Shown: positions 1-15,694, counted from the first letter of the stretch. The stretch: DNA of 64,000 bases from Eledone cirrhosa (GCA_964016885.1 OZ024742.1:139376001-139440000); one strand, 5' to 3'. The notes: generated by a model not told the origin, from the sequence alone. Program-made: numbers and translations.

Positions 1-1640
1 ACAGTATTGGTGTGAGGGCAGTGTGCTTCAACTGGCGTTACATAGACAGTATTGGTGTGAGGGCAGTGTACTTCAACTGGCGTTACATAGACAGTATTGG
101 TGTGAGGGCAGTGTACTTCAACTGGCGTTACATAGACAGTATTGGTGTGAGGGCAGTGTACTTCAAATGGCGTTACATAGACAGTATTGGTGTGAGGGCA
201 GTGTACTTCAACTGGCGTTACATAGACAGTATTGATGTGACGGCAGTGTACTTCAACTGGCGTTGCATAGAGAGTATTGGTGTGAGGGCAGTGTACTTCA
301 ACTGGCGTTACATAGACAGTATTGGTGTGACGGCAGTGTACTTCAAATGGCGTAACATAGACAGAATATTCTGACGGTAGTGTACTTTATCTGATGTTAT
401 AGAGATACTATTGGTGTGGTGGTAGTGTGCTTCAACTGGTGTAACACAGACAGTAATGTTGTGACGACAATGTACTTTAACTGGTATTACAAAGATAGTC
501 AAGGTGTGACTACAGTGTACTTTAACTGGTAATACAGAGATAGTCATGGTGTTACGACGGCGTACTTTACCTGTTACAGAAATAGTCCAGGTATGATGGA
601 GAGTGTACGTGAACCAGTGTACTGGTGTGACGACAGTGTACTGTAACTGGTTTTAGGTAGATAGTATTGATGTCACAACAGTGTACTTTATCTTGTGTTT
701 CACAGATAGCATCTGTGTGAGGAGAGTGTACTTTTACTGGTGTTACAGAGATAATCTTGTTACGACAACAGTGTACTTCAGGTGTGACATAGATAGTATT
801 GGTGTAATAACAGTGTACTTTACCTGGTGTTAACAGATACGGTCTTGGTGCGATGGCAGTGTACGTGTGTTGGTGTTACTTAGGTAGTATTAGTTTTAAA
901 AGAGTACATCTCGGCTGGTGATACACAGATACCGTCTTGGTATGAGGACAATGTAATTTAACTGGTATCAGGACAGACAGTCTTGGTTTGGTGTGTCAGT
1001 AGTGTTTTTCTACTGTTGTCAATAGAAAACATCTGGTCTAATGACTGTGTACTTTAAATTGTGTTACACAGACAGTATTGAAGTAATGCCAGTGTAATTC
1101 TACAAATGTTGCATAAAAGTATTTATGTGGTGACAGTGTACTTTAACTGGTGTCACACAGACAGTATTGATGCGATGGTAGTGTACTTCAACTGGTTTAC
1201 GAAGATAGTATTGGTCTGACAGCTGTGTACTTCTACTGTTGCTACATAGACAGTAGTGGTGTGGCAGCTGTGTACTTTAACTGGTGTTACACAGATAGTT
1301 TTTGTGTGACAACCGTGTACTTTGACTGGCGTTACAGAGATAGTATCGGTGTGACAGCTGTGCAATTGAGCTAGTGTTACACGGATAGTATTGGTATAAC
1401 GGCAGTATACCTCTACTGGTACCAATACAGACAGTATTCGTGTGACCACAGTGTACTTTCACGAGTGTTACAAAGATAATATTGATGTGACCATAATGTA
1501 CTTTGACTGGTGTTACGAGGATAGTATTGAGGTGACCACAGGTACGTTGACTAATATTACATAGATAGTATCAGTGTGACGTCAGTTGACTTCAACTGGT
1601 AACAAAATGGATAGTATCGGTATGAAGACAACGTACTTCA
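1..1640. repeat. 45-bp minisatellite array, near-identical units at the left end and increasingly diverged to the right
   Basis: Unit acagtattggtgtgagggcagtgtacttcaactggcgttacatag repeats every 45 bp in 1-360; degenerate units with a cagtgtacttt(c)aactgg core continue to ~1640. Confidence 0.9.
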
Positions 1641-2127
1641 TCTTTAGTTAAGAATTTCGCTTCTGTGCTACGTACTTTCTAGAAAAACTAGGCAGTTAGT
1701 ATCATTGGTAGGTGTATTCTGACATAGCTTTGGGGTCAACCTAAGCCTTGGGAGGAAGATTTGGTAGATAGAAATGTGTGGAAGCCTTAACAAATGACTG
1801 TTCTTGTGTGGAATCTCGTGGAATGGACTGTACTTGTAATACAAAGGGCCATACTTGTCAAACACTGTATCACCGTGAATCTCCATGAGAATTCCTTCAT
1901 GTGTACTAGTGTATGTGGAATGCCCGACCACATACATGTTAATTTCATGAGCTAACTGTTTTCGTTGATCGAACAACTAGAACAGCTCCTCGTCGAAACC
2001 GACGGAAGTTCATTCTTTCTCCCATTTCTTCAGGTCAACGTGTCAAAAATGTCTCTTTCCCACGATGGGTTGGTGATCTGAGATGTTTTTTTTTAATTTT
2101 GCTTTCGTGTGTGAAAGATAAGAGTCT

Positions 2128-2530
2128 AATAATTGCACAAGGCCAGCAATTACCCCAGTGTATTACTGTTACTTTATTTTATCGACCCCGTAAGGATGAA
2201 AGACAAAGTTAACTTCGGTGGGATTTGAACTCAGACCGTAAAGGCCCGTAACTCTATGCTGCAAAGCATGGCGTTCGACCCTCTACCGAGACTGCCAATC
2301 CACCGATAAGAGTCGAATAATGGTGTCTAAATTAAGCACAATGCCAGCAATGTTACAGGCGGATGGGGGAGGGAATCGATTACTTTCAATCAGGTACTTT
2401 ATTTTATCAACCTCGGAAAGATGAAAGGAAAAGTTAAACTCGGCGAAATTTGAAGTCAGAACGTAAAAAGCCTGAACAATCACCGCACAGTTTATTGTCC
2501 GACGCTCTAACAATTATGCTAATCCACCAG
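2128..2530 (-). mobile_element. Two tRNA-derived SINE copies of the dominant family in this window
   Basis: Reverse complement of ggcggtggattggcagtatcggtagag...gagttcaaatcc (B-box-like)...gcctttcatccttacggggtcgataaaataaagtaccag...ggccttgtgc; many further copies in the window. Confidence 0.85.
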
Positions 2531-2774
2531 GACTGGGGGGTAATAATGACAAAGTGACTAACATTTAGAGTAAGGCAGGTGAACAGGATATCCTGATATT
2601 CATAGCATTCTAAGCGATATGCACTTCAAGAAGTAACAGAAACTGAGTAACCATAACGACTCTTTATCAGCTTACATCATGATTAAAAGCCAAAACAACT
2701 ATTAAGGTTATGTATGTTAAGTATTATGACTACTCACCCTCACCCATCTATTTCTCTTTACCTCTCTCTGAAAT

Positions 2775-3140
2775 TTAATGTTAGGTGTTTACTTTGTACC
2801 CGTCTTTGGTGTCCTTAGTTCCAGCACGGCTGATTTATTCCGTGAAATTGGACAGATAGGGGCCTGCTTGAGGTGGGTGTCCCGTGAGGTGGGGTGGCTG
2901 TTGCAGCGGGTGTCTCTAGCTATTTTACGCGGTAACGCCTTTGCATTTTTGTCCTTGGAGTGCGGCTAAGCCACCGCCCACACGGGAGTGTACTGTCTGT
3001 CCCTTCTCTCCTTTTCTTTCCTTGCTCGAATCTTTTTTTTCTTCTCATTTCCATTTTGTTCTTTCTTTTCTGTTCCGTTTGATAGTGTTTTATTTTTGTA
3101 TAAACAGCTGTATTCAGTTCTATGTAAGGTTGAGCTAAAA
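2775..3140 (+). mobile_element. 3' fragment of a CRE-like (restriction-like endonuclease) non-LTR retrotransposon
   Basis: ORF 2778-2969 reads YFVPVFGVLSSSTADLFREIG...WLLQRVSLAILRGNA, resembling the QRxSxAxxRGNA C-terminus of CRE-clade ORFs; T-rich 3' tail. Confidence 0.6.
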
Positions 3141-3237
3141 TATAGCACAAGGTCCTGAACATATCGTTAAAATATTGATACGACGCTCATTAAAAAAATT
3201 CACTATTTGTATTATTCGTTCATTCATTATTAATTAG

Positions 3238-3502
3238 AATCCATGGCTTTTTGAATGACTTCTAATTAATAATTGTTTCTACTTTAGGCACAAGGCCAGC
3301 AATTACCCAGTGCATTACTGGTACTTTATTTCATCGACCCCGTGAGGATGAAAGGCAAAGTTAATCCCGGCGAGGTTAACTTTGCCTTTCATCCTTACGG
3401 GGTCGATGAAATAAAGTACCAGTAATGCACTGGGTAATTGCTGGCCTTGTGCCTAAAGTAGAAACAATTATTAATTAGAAGTCATTCAAAAAGCCTTGGA
3501 TT
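3238..3502. repeat. Fold-back inverted repeat (127-bp arms, 11-nt loop) made of a SINE 3' half plus flanking DNA
   Basis: 3238-3364 is the near-perfect reverse complement of 3376-3502. Confidence 0.9.
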
Positions 3503-3539
3503 GACCGACTCGTTACAACGTCGGGTAAATGTCTAGCAA

Positions 3540-4420
3540 TTACAACGTCGGGTAAATGTCTAGCAGTATTTGCCAGTTCTTTCCGCCCTGAGTTCAAATT
3601 CCATCGAGGGTGACTACGCTTTTCATCCTATGTAGGTCGATAAAATAAAGTACTAGTAAAGTACTGGTGTTGATTTTACCAAATTTACCCGTCCTCCAAA
3701 TTTGATGGCTATGTGACTTAATGAAAAATTAATTATCAGAAGTTGAAGAAGAATTGATCGCAGTATTCGACAGGTTCTGGTACTTTATTTGTCGACTGAC
3801 CATGAAAGAACGATGGCAAAGATCTCCACATCGCCTAAATTCAATAATAATTGTTTCTACTTTTAGCACAAGGCCAGCAATTACCCCAGTGCATTTCTGG
3901 TGCTTTATTTTATCGACTCCATAAGGATGAAGGGCAAAGTTAACCTCGGCAGGATTTGAACTCAGAACGTAAATGGCCATAACTCTAAGCTGCAAAGCAT
4001 GGTGTCTGATGCTCTACCGATACTGTCAATCCAATCCATTAATAATCGTTTCTTATATAGGCACAAGGCCATCAATTTTGTGGGAGGGGTACTGGTACTT
4101 TATTTTATCGACCCCGTAAGGTTGAAAGTTAACCTCGGCGGGATTTGAACTCAGATCATAAAGAGGTGTAACTCTATGCTGCAAAGCATGGCGTCCGACC
4201 CTCTACCGATACTGCCAATCCACCGCCTTCCAATCCATCAATAATTGTTTCTACTTTTGGCACAAGGCCAGGAATCACACAGTGCATTATTGGTACTTTA
4301 TTTTATCGATCCCGTAAGGATGAAAGGGAAAGTTAACCCTGTCGGGATTTGAACTCAGACCATAAAGGGCCGTAACTCTTTTCTGCAAGCATGGCGTCAG
4401 ACCCTCTACCGATATTGCCA
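3540..4420. mobile_element. Cluster of four tRNA-derived SINE copies (one +, three -)
   Basis: Repeated ggatttgaactcaga / aaggatgaaaggcaaagttaacctcggc / tttatcgacccc blocks. Confidence 0.85.
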
Positions 4421-4469
4421 ATTTAAGTCCATACATTCATACATACATGCATACATACATACATACAAT

Positions 4470-7400
4470 TGTCAGTCCCCCAGAATAAACATGGAATCAA
4501 CAACACGTGCTACAGGTTGCCATGCTACTAGACTTCCTAGCAGCCAGGTAAAACAGAGCCTTGAAACAGCTATGCCTGTAGAAAGTTGACACCACCTGTA
4601 CCATCTGAGCCTACCTCGAATGCTGGGGAAAAAACTATCGATAATAATAACAATCGAAGAAATAATAATAATAATCTAAGAAATTTGACACCACGTGTAC
4701 CATCCGAGTCTACCTCGACTGTTGTGGAAAATACTATCGATAATAATAATGAAAAGTATAAACAATTGAAAATTTCCCTCAACGAAATCTTCCAGAGAGA
4801 AATTAATTCATGTATAAACATTTCTCTTGCTGAACATATTAAAACAACAATATCTAATAAAATAAAACCAAATAATGAAATATTGCGTGTTATTGACGAA
4901 ATAGGGGATGCATATTTATGACGGATTAAAACTCCAACATTTAAGCAAATCAACGCCTGCTTATATGCCTTAGCAACGACAGTGAAGCATTTTCTTGGTG
5001 ATACAGATACAAAACACCACCAAAAATACCATCATATATAACTAAAATAGAAAAAAAGATTGCTGACCTACAAAAAAAAACTAGGATATGTGACAATGCT
5101 CCTTACATGCAAACAAAAACAAAAAGAACTTCACTCCTCACCAACAAAGAGTGAAATATAAAATAGAAACGATGTTTGGTATCAGCAGAACCAGAACTCT
5201 TCAATATAAGCTGATCACCCTCAAACAAAAATTGAGATCTGTCAGCGAGAAACGCCGATACCTGAAGATGGTAGATGAAAGAAAAGTGCTTATTAAAAGA
5301 TTCAGACGAAACCAAAGATCAGTCTATAGAGATACGAAGGGCAAAATAATAAGTGTCAGAAAGACATAGATTCCCTTTGGAGAAAGATATGGGGCGAAAA
5401 TAAGAATTTCAAACAAGATGCAGTGTGGCTAAAAGAAATCCAAAAGAACTATTGCTCCTACTCTACAACAAAAAACATACGAAATGAATGAGGATACCCT
5501 TGAGACTATGAAAGGAAAACTCCAAGATAAGAAAGTACCAGGAAGAGGCATGATTGTCGGCTACTGGTACAAAATACTGATATTCTATCGGAGGTGTGTT
5601 ATCGACCCCTACCAACAAGTTCTGAAGTGAGATACACTTATACCAGCACAAACAATACTGGTTCCCAAGAACAAAGACAGCCACTTGGCAAAAATCTACC
5701 GACCCATTGCATACCAGAACTTGATGTATAAGATGTATACAGCCTGCCTGAACATATTCCTCCAAGATCACTGTGAAAATAATAACATCATCACAGATGA
5801 ACAAGCAGCTGGAAAGAAAGGGATTTGGGTGTGTGCTGAACAACTCTTAATCATCAAAGCAGCGATGTCGGAGGTGCGACAACTTAGGAGGAATATGGCT
5901 ACAGTCTGGCTGGACTACAGGAAGGCTTTCGATTCTGTTCCCCACTTTTGGATGATAGTGGCACTCCGACTTGCTAAAGTCCCAGACATTATCATCAGAG
6001 CCATAAAGAAGATGTCTTCTTCTTGGGCTACTATCCTAAAGTTAAAAACAGAGAAGGAGGTCTCTATTTTTACTGATAAAATAGAATATCACAGGGGTAT
6101 ATTTCAAGGAGACAGTCTCTCAAGAACATAGATGGGATGAAGAAAAATCTTGACCAGGTTACAACATTCTCAAAGGTTATAGAGTGTTCATATATGACTA
6201 TAAAGCGAGGAAGAAACTACAACCCAATCTAGCAACATTGTCATCAATGGCCAAACTGTTTCACCGATACCTGATGAGGACTGCTACAGATACCTGGGGA
6301 TAGATGAGAAAATAATGGTATTTGTAATAAGGAACGCGTAACCAGCGGATATTACACCTGATTAAGAAAAATATGGTCATCCGAACTCTCTGCGCACAAT
6401 TAAACAGTGGCTCACAATGTGTTTGCTGTGCCTGTCCTAACACCAATTGGACGATAGACGAAATCCGAGCAATTGATGTTAGGACTCGAAAAATACTAAA
6501 CAACAAAACGTAAGCAGGAAGGGAGATGCCTAACATCAGTCCAGACAGCATTTGAATGTCGCATCCTATCCCTCCGACAACATCTACGAACCTCGAGCGT
6601 AGGAGCTCGTCTCTCGAGCAAGTCTATCTGCATGAGACAGATAAGATCATGAGGGTTGGGAAGGAACACCTTCAACAATATTCCCTGCGTGTTAATCAAA
6701 AACTCACACCCAGGGAAGTTTCTCAGCAGTACCGCAGTGAATCCATAGATGAGAAACTGCATGCTTAACAGCAACAAATCATGCAGGGATATGTTGCCAG
6801 GAGGAGCCAGAGTGAGAATAATATAGATAAGCATAGTAGTTTATCTTGGACCAACAATCGCTATATTGGCACCCAATTTGAAGGATACGCTTTTGCAAAC
6901 CAAGAACAGGAAATCAATACGAAATACCCGATTCACAAAAGAGATAGGGATGCAGTCAAAACACCTAGATGTGACAACAAGTGCTAACTCTGTAGAATTA
7001 GCATCGAAGATGTCACCCATGTCGTAAGCAGCTGTCTAAAGGTGTCATCGCAGTACATTTATCTATGAGGCATGATGTAGTGACGAAAATACTGTACAAT
7101 GCAATCCATAGTAAAGATATCCCCGATAATAAACACATTAAAAGCTACAGCAATGTAGAAGATATACATATACATAATATAAAAGAGTACTGGTGAAATG
7201 TTCCAGTAAAAACACCAATAAAATGCAGGCATAACAGACCAGATATAATGATATGAAACAGGGAAAAGAAGGCATGCAAAGTAGTGGAAGTTCGCTGCCC
7301 AGCAGATGCCAATATAATATCAATGATTAGCGAAAAGGAGAATATTTATGCAGAACCCATGAGAAATCTGCAGATACTTCACCCTGACTATACCTTCAGA

Positions 7401-7793
7401 TTTATGCCTGTCATTATTGGGGCACGGAGATATGTTAGTAACCGCCTCAATACAAATCTTGAGAAGCTGGGCTTCACAGAAACAGAAAGAACACGACTAT
7501 TTGGGAAATTGCAAGTACAATCCATTAATAGAACAGTAAAAATATGTAAAACATTCCAAAAATTCTGCATCTGATAACTTCATATACACATGTACAGATA
7601 CAAATCATATGAACATGCACACATAAAACTCAAAACATACACATACAATAACATCCATACCTGCACACACATGCAGACCTGCAGACATGCATAAATATAT
7701 ACCTAGTTGATGTGTAAATTCCAATGAGAGAGTCTTGTGTCTATGTTAGGAACCGACTCTCTCTCTATTGGTAAAAATGTATAACCAGAAGAA
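4470..7793 (+). mobile_element. Degenerate R4/Dong-like non-LTR retrotransposon (RT + CCHC + restriction-like endonuclease)
   Basis: YRPIAYQNLMYK, WLDYRKAFDSVPH and GIFQGDSLS (5685-6131); C*LC...HVVSSC knuckle and RHD near 6980-7075; RPDI...EVRCP...KENIY (7235-7574); many stops and frameshifts; (CATA)n on both sides. Confidence 0.8.
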
Positions 7794-8076
7794 CATACAT
7801 ACATACATATACTTGTGGAGCAAATTGTATGTAATGAAATAGCAAAGTTTAACAGAGCATTTAATGAGTTTAATAGGGAGTTAACTGACGAGGGTCGTGC
7901 AATCCACACACTCCAGTCAGTCAGTGATGATGCATATATATATATAGTGAAAATTGGAACGGCAACAAAGACAGAGAGGCAGTACAAACAAAGGTTTATT
8001 AGTTTCACGCTCTGGAGAGTGGGATCACGATTGATGGCGCACTATCTCTCTGGTGTGTTATCTTTTCAACATATTG

Positions 8077-8141
<65 letters not shown>

Positions 8142-8151
8142 CGTACAAATG

Positions 8152-8184
<33 letters not shown>

Positions 8185-8514
8185 TAAAGTTTAAGCAAAG
8201 AATCGCTGCTTTTACCAGAGTGAAACCGTTTTTATATATATTTATAGATATTAAATCCTTATCGAGCCCTGTTCGGATTTTAGTCTTCACATGTTTCATT
8301 ATTACTATATATATATATATTAGTAAAAGGAAAAGAAAATGCTGACAAATTGTTCCCAGTGAAAAATAGTTTAATTAGAAATAAGTAAAAATTAGTAATA
8401 AGTATTGGTTAGTATTCAGTTTTAGTTTTAAGTATTTACCGGTTGCGCATTTCTAATGCTTTTCAAAAATAATTTTGAGATAGAGCGCCCGTGATGTTTG
8501 CTCTAATCTGATTT

Positions 8515-8564
<50 letters not shown>

Positions 8565-8566
<2 letters not shown>

Positions 8567-9775
8567 TGGTTACACCTTAGCGGATCCTCAGCTCATAATG
8601 GACATGGTTATAAGGAACAGGAAGGAAAACCGTACGAACGCGCATGCGCAGAAACGGACATTTCACACAGGCAATACTAAAATGCGTGCGAGAGGTGTAA
8701 GGGAGATAACTGCGAAAGTCCGAAAAGTTTCTAGTTGATAAGAAAATTAGGGTGTTGTAATTCAATCCGGATATTTGTAGTTACGCAAGAGGTGTTTCGC
8801 GACGTGTGGACAAGGTGTGAAGAATTCATTTCTCGTGTTTAGGCAATCACTATTGCATAATCTCTTTAGAATATTTATTCGTTCATCAATACATAGTCCA
8901 CACGACGGATTTCCCCTTGCGTATGACTTGGACTTAGTGATGGCTTTCCATTGAATGGAGTAGTCTATACTTGAGTACTTGAGGGAGCATATGTGGCTCG
9001 CGAGTTTCGTGGATGAACCTAAAGGTCGACTGGTGGTTCAGGAAGCGTTCCTTAAATCGGCTCTCCGCCATACCCACAAAGGATTTGACCTCCTGTGGTT
9101 GATTTGGTCGGCTGGAAGTGACCACAGCTTCATAAACTACAGCGGATGTGTTGCATTGCTGTTGAAGGGGACAAGCTCGGACCTACGGCAAGAGCATCCT
9201 GGTGGGGTGTTGCTCTTAGGGCTGTTGGTGATGTGGGCCTTCATCTTCTTAGTGCAGTAGTATCCTAGTTTTATTTTGTGTCGGTTAAAGATGGAGCGGT
9301 ATTTATGACCTATGGGAAAGTGTCTATCTAAGAGGGCTAGAAATATTTTGCCTACATTGGTTTTAACGTTGAGTGAGAAGGGAGGAGAGAACCAGATAGT
9401 TTGTCTATTGTTACGCTTTCTTTTCTTATTGCTGTTGTTGATAGTGGGAGAGTAAGTGATAGGTTGCGAGAAGCCGCTGTTAGCTAACGCCGTGTTATAA
9501 TAAGGTGCTGCCGTCAAAGATAGCCTTATGAGAGGAGAAGTTTGAGATTCTGGTACTGATATTATTTACGAAGTTTCTAAAAACAGTGGGAGGGTGGCAT
9601 GAGTCTTTGTGAATGTAACTGAGTTTTTCGTTTAGCTTATGGAAGGGTCTGTAGATGTGTGTGCGAAGGTCTAAATTAATGTCTAAGAAATCTACGCTAG
9701 AGAGGTTGGTAGCTTTTGTTATCCTAAGTCCTAACTCATTGAAGGTAGAAGCTCTACCACCACGGATATTACCTT
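8565..9775 (-). mobile_element. Degenerate Penelope-like (Naiad-type) element: RT thumb, linker, GIY-YIG and part of the 3' pLTR
   Basis: IWFSPPFSLNVKTNVGKIFLALLDRHFPIGHKYRSIFNR and FVGMAESRFKERFLNHQSTF align by eye with the intact ORF at 54092-56413; decayed hammerhead-like CTGAGGA-tccgctaaggt-GTAA at ~8570-8595. Confidence 0.8.
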
Positions 9776-9790
9776 CCAGTGTTCTACCAC

Positions 9791-9845
<55 letters not shown>

Positions 9846-9864
9846 TAATAATAGTAATAATAAT

Positions 9865-10380
9865 AGTAATAATAAATGTGAAGACTAAAATCCGAAGAGG
9901 GCTCGATAAGGATCATGTATATATAAAAACCCGTAGAGCAAATATTTATTATAAGAAGAGATTAAAGTTTAAGAAAAGAATTTCTGCTTTCACCCATAAC
10001 GGGATCTTCTGAAACTGAAAAAATTAATCTGTAGACGCAGAAGTAAATATTTAAAAAACGTTACAAGTGAAGGAAAACAGGACGACGATACGTTGCTTCG
10101 TGTAGACATACTCTGCCGATGGACGAAAAAATGCGAGGATAATTACGTCGTCATGTGATGCGAGAAGAAGATTTGATCGTTGGTGTTGAGTATTTCCAGG
10201 GCTTCGGTGGTGCAAAGATCACATAGTCTTTTGTTTCCATTATACGATCTAGCTTTAGCTAGAATCTCCCAGTGTAACCTATATCGGATGTGGTTGTCTT
10301 TTACACTCCAGATATAGGCCGAAAGTGACGTCATGTTCCTTCTTAAAGGGTTATGAAAAGAATGGGTGTGCATATATAGA
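9865..10380 (-). mobile_element. Penelope-like 3' fragment (endonuclease C-terminus plus pLTR)
   Basis: TSLSAYIWSVKD...WEILAKARSY...LCDLCTTE matches TTLAEKAWTLRD...WEKLAKTQSF...FCKLCNLE of the intact element. Confidence 0.8.
9966..10016 (-). ncRNA. Variant type I hammerhead ribozyme motif (core CAGAAGA)
   Basis: Minus strand agttt-CAGAAGA-tcccgttatgggt-GAAA-gcag...tt-aaact, downstream of a Penelope ORF end; stem III is better preserved in the copies at 39186 and 52560. Confidence 0.55.
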
Positions 10381-11573
10381 CACTGCTTCTATATCTAGCG
10401 GGGTCTTTTAGCTGAGCCCAATCCGTTGCCAACATTTTTATCAGGTCTCCGATCTGAAGATAATTTGTGACCTTACTGCCATCAATCGCGAAGGCCCTGG
10501 TGAAAGTCACGGAAGCTGTGATCTTTATCCCCTATATAATGAAAAGAGATTTAGGTGATGAAAAGAGATTTAGGTTAAGCGAATGCAAATTTCTGTTTGT
10601 ACGATTGTTCATATATCCAGTATTCCTGGTATATCCAATCAAATTTAGAGTCTTCTTGCTCTCATTAAACGAACCCCTCCCTGGTTGACCTCCACCGGCT
10701 TTGGTAATGTCTCCAGAGGTTTAGCCGTACTTACCACGCTTGGTCAATTGTGGGTTGGGGAGGCTATATAATCCATAGCTGGGGTGAGTGGCCGTTGACT
10801 CTGAAACGTTTATCCGTCCTTTAACAGCTCTTGTTTTTTGTGCTGATGGTATTCCTCTAACCCTCTTCAACAGACAAGGATCAAGCAGGAGATATGGCAT
10901 ATCATTCCTAGATTCCAAAAAGTGCATTCAACGCTATACCTCTCATTATTGAAGATACAGGTCCACTAATACAGGATATACGGATTTCACACATGAGTAT
11001 GTATGGTCTCGTAACTCCTGATAGAGTTGTAGGGGCACCGTATTGACATACGGCGTTTATTGGGCATTTTAAGCCTGGTGGAACCCATTCCTCTCCAGGT
11101 CTGAATACAGAAGTTTTCTTTCAGAGAAAGATAGAAAGTGAAAGAGAGAAGAAATGAGAATTAGGTACAGAGGAAGAATCCACCCCAGTACTGGACTGGT
11201 ACTTTTTTATCGACATCGAAAGGATAAAAGTTAAAGTTGACCTCGGCGGAATTTGAACTCAGAGAGCAGGGAACCAGGACGAATACCATAAAGCATTCTA
11301 CCCGATGTTCTAACAACTCTGCCAATTCGTCACCTTCACACATGAGTACAAAGTGCAAAACGTTGATTCAACCAATACTACTCTTTTGACTTATATTATC
11401 ATAATTTAATTAAATGAAACAATTGACAGACACAAAAGCAAGCATTAATCATAAACCTATAATGTATTAATCTATTCGCTTTACAACTTTGTTTTTGTAA
11501 ATGATAGAATAAATAAAATTAAAGCATGACCACTTCTTGTCCTGCTGAATACCACGACGGAGTGTAAAAATAA

Positions 11574-13295
<1,722 letters not shown>

Positions 13296-14964
13296 ATATA
13301 TACCTTCCTTATATAAGTTGGTTGATTTGAAAGGATCGTTTGAGCACTGGCATGTCATTCCTGCTCTCTGAGTTCTGAGTTTGAGTCCTTCAAAATTCAC
13401 TTTGCTTTCATCTTTTCGGGGTTGATAAAGAAAGTACCAGCCTAGTGTTGGTGCTACTTTTCTCCTTCCAGCTGTCTCACCTTTGATACTTCGCTGAATT
13501 ATGGGCGGGACTGCCGAAATAATACACTAATTCGGCAAACCGAACGCAGACCGCTCACCTATACACCTTAATAAAGCACACACCAAATTCTTGAAGTAGG
13601 AATTCAAGATTTTTAAAGTCGGATTCCATTTAATGAGTGATGATGTAAAGCTAAGTTTTTCAAGACATAATTCAGCACTTTATAATTTCTGTTGATTATT
13701 TTCTTTTATTAATACGTTTTCCCCTTCCTCTCAGAACTATAGTTTCAAATTGGGCACAAAGCAAGTCATTTAAATTTATGTATCTATTTTTTTTTTTTTT
13801 TTAGAAGTAAGGTGAAAGTCCTTAATTTATACTTTAGTTCATCGTTCCCAGAAGAATGAAAGTCAAAGTTGGTCATGGAGGATTTGAACACAGTACGTCA
13901 TCAAACGCCGTAAAATATTCTGTCCGATTGCAGCGTTTCTTGGGTATTTTAAATTTGAAAGAACCCATCCTTCTCTGGCTGGGTCTGAACACAACACCGA
14001 TTTCTTACAACCGAAGAGGGGAACAAAGAGAGAGAGAGAGAGAAGGGGGGGGGGAGATAGAGGGGGAGTGGGACAAATGGAGAGAAAGGGAGAGAGAATG
14101 TTAAAGAGGAAGTTAGAAAGAAATATAGATGAAGAATTAACTCCAGTACTGGACTAGTACTCTTTTATCGACCCAATAAGATAAAGTTAATCTCGGCGGG
14201 ATTTGAACTCGAAGATTAGAGAGCTTCCGACGTGGCATTGCCGGTCCATTTATTCTTCATCGTCTCCAGTCGTACAATCTTTTACAAGGCATTTTGTAAC
14301 ACATCCCAGTCAAATGCAGACCACGAATACGAGACAGCATGGGCTGCTTGGGTTACTGGTGGCTTCACTGTTATTCACGATCCAGCTTTTCGATATAATT
14401 TAGGACGATAACAAATGTCTTTCCACGTGCAATGAAGATAGAATTTTAACTTAAACAACATTGTTTAACTGACTTCAGATGACTCGCAATAAACAACTGT
14501 GCGTGCATCAATACAGTACTCCATTCATTCACCGACACACATTGCGGTGACAAGTGTTTTTGCGACGGAGCTGCTCTTCGTCTTGGTATTCACTTGTGTG
14601 AGTCCCGTAAATGGCACAATGGAGCTACTATCGACAAATTCGAAGTATGTTCATTCATTTGCACGTAAATCATTATGAAGCGTTACATAAGTTAGAAGCG
14701 TTAAGATAAGTTAGAAGAATGAATACTGCCTGAATTGTCTGATGGACGTTCTACCATAGATATGATTATGCAATGGATACAAGAAAAATGCAGGGACCAA
14801 AGGAAACCGTGTCACTGATGAGATATTAACGAATCTTGAAACAACCTTCTAGCACTCACAATGGTTACTGAGATATCTGTGACCTGTTCATAACGATATT
14901 CTCAAGTATAATGTATATAGACATATAGTATATGCTTGCATATAATGCTGTCTTAGTGTTACTG

Positions 14965-15045
<81 letters not shown>

Positions 15046-15057
15046 CATATATATATA

Positions 15058-15415
15058 GGGCGGCCGACTGAAGTAGAAGCTGCTAAATAGTCGGTCGTCC
15101 TGTTGTCTCTGATTTTCAGCCCCATGGATTTTATCTGTTATATTCCTTTGTTATATTTCGAATACCTGATGATATCACCAGATTCGTACTGAACCCGGTC
15201 ATTGAAATGATCATAGTATAATAAACCTTTCAAGGATTTACACAAGTCCAGCCTCCTGTTATTTTATAATAATTAACTCCGTACTCGCACCACCAACTAC
15301 ATAAACGAAGACGGGTGAGTTGCATCACGTTGAGTACTCTCCATAATATTACACCGAGATTGACCATACGGATTGACCAGTTTTATCCAGTGGAGAACCA
15401 ACAAACCTAAATAAA
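15058..15415 (+). mobile_element. Hammerhead-containing pLTR-like repeat inserted in (TA)n
   Basis: Homologous to 21955-22300 (-) and 23290-23500 (+). Confidence 0.7.
15162..15219 (+). ncRNA. Type I hammerhead ribozyme
   Basis: atac-CTGATGA-tatcaccagattc...gaacccggtcatt-GAAA-tgatca-TA-gtat: stem I atac/gtat, palindromic stem III tgatca. Confidence 0.8.
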
Positions 15416-15418
15416 TAT

Positions 15419-15559
<141 letters not shown>

Positions 15560-15653
15560 TATATACATACATACATATATATGTGTGTCTGATGGTAGCT
15601 AAGATGTTTCCATAGGCGGTATGCCGTTTGAGCACTCTATGCTCTTACAGAGC

Positions 15654-15694
<41 letters not shown>

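Noticed and set aside
12-374. Regular repeats suggesting a CRISPR array or a repeat protein on the + strand
   Set aside because: The units are contiguous 45-mers with no unique spacers, in a eukaryotic context; open frames are expected in a homogeneous 3n repeat.
10400-11080. Possible LINE ORF1/5' UTR remnant on the minus strand
   Set aside because: Too degraded to assign by eye.
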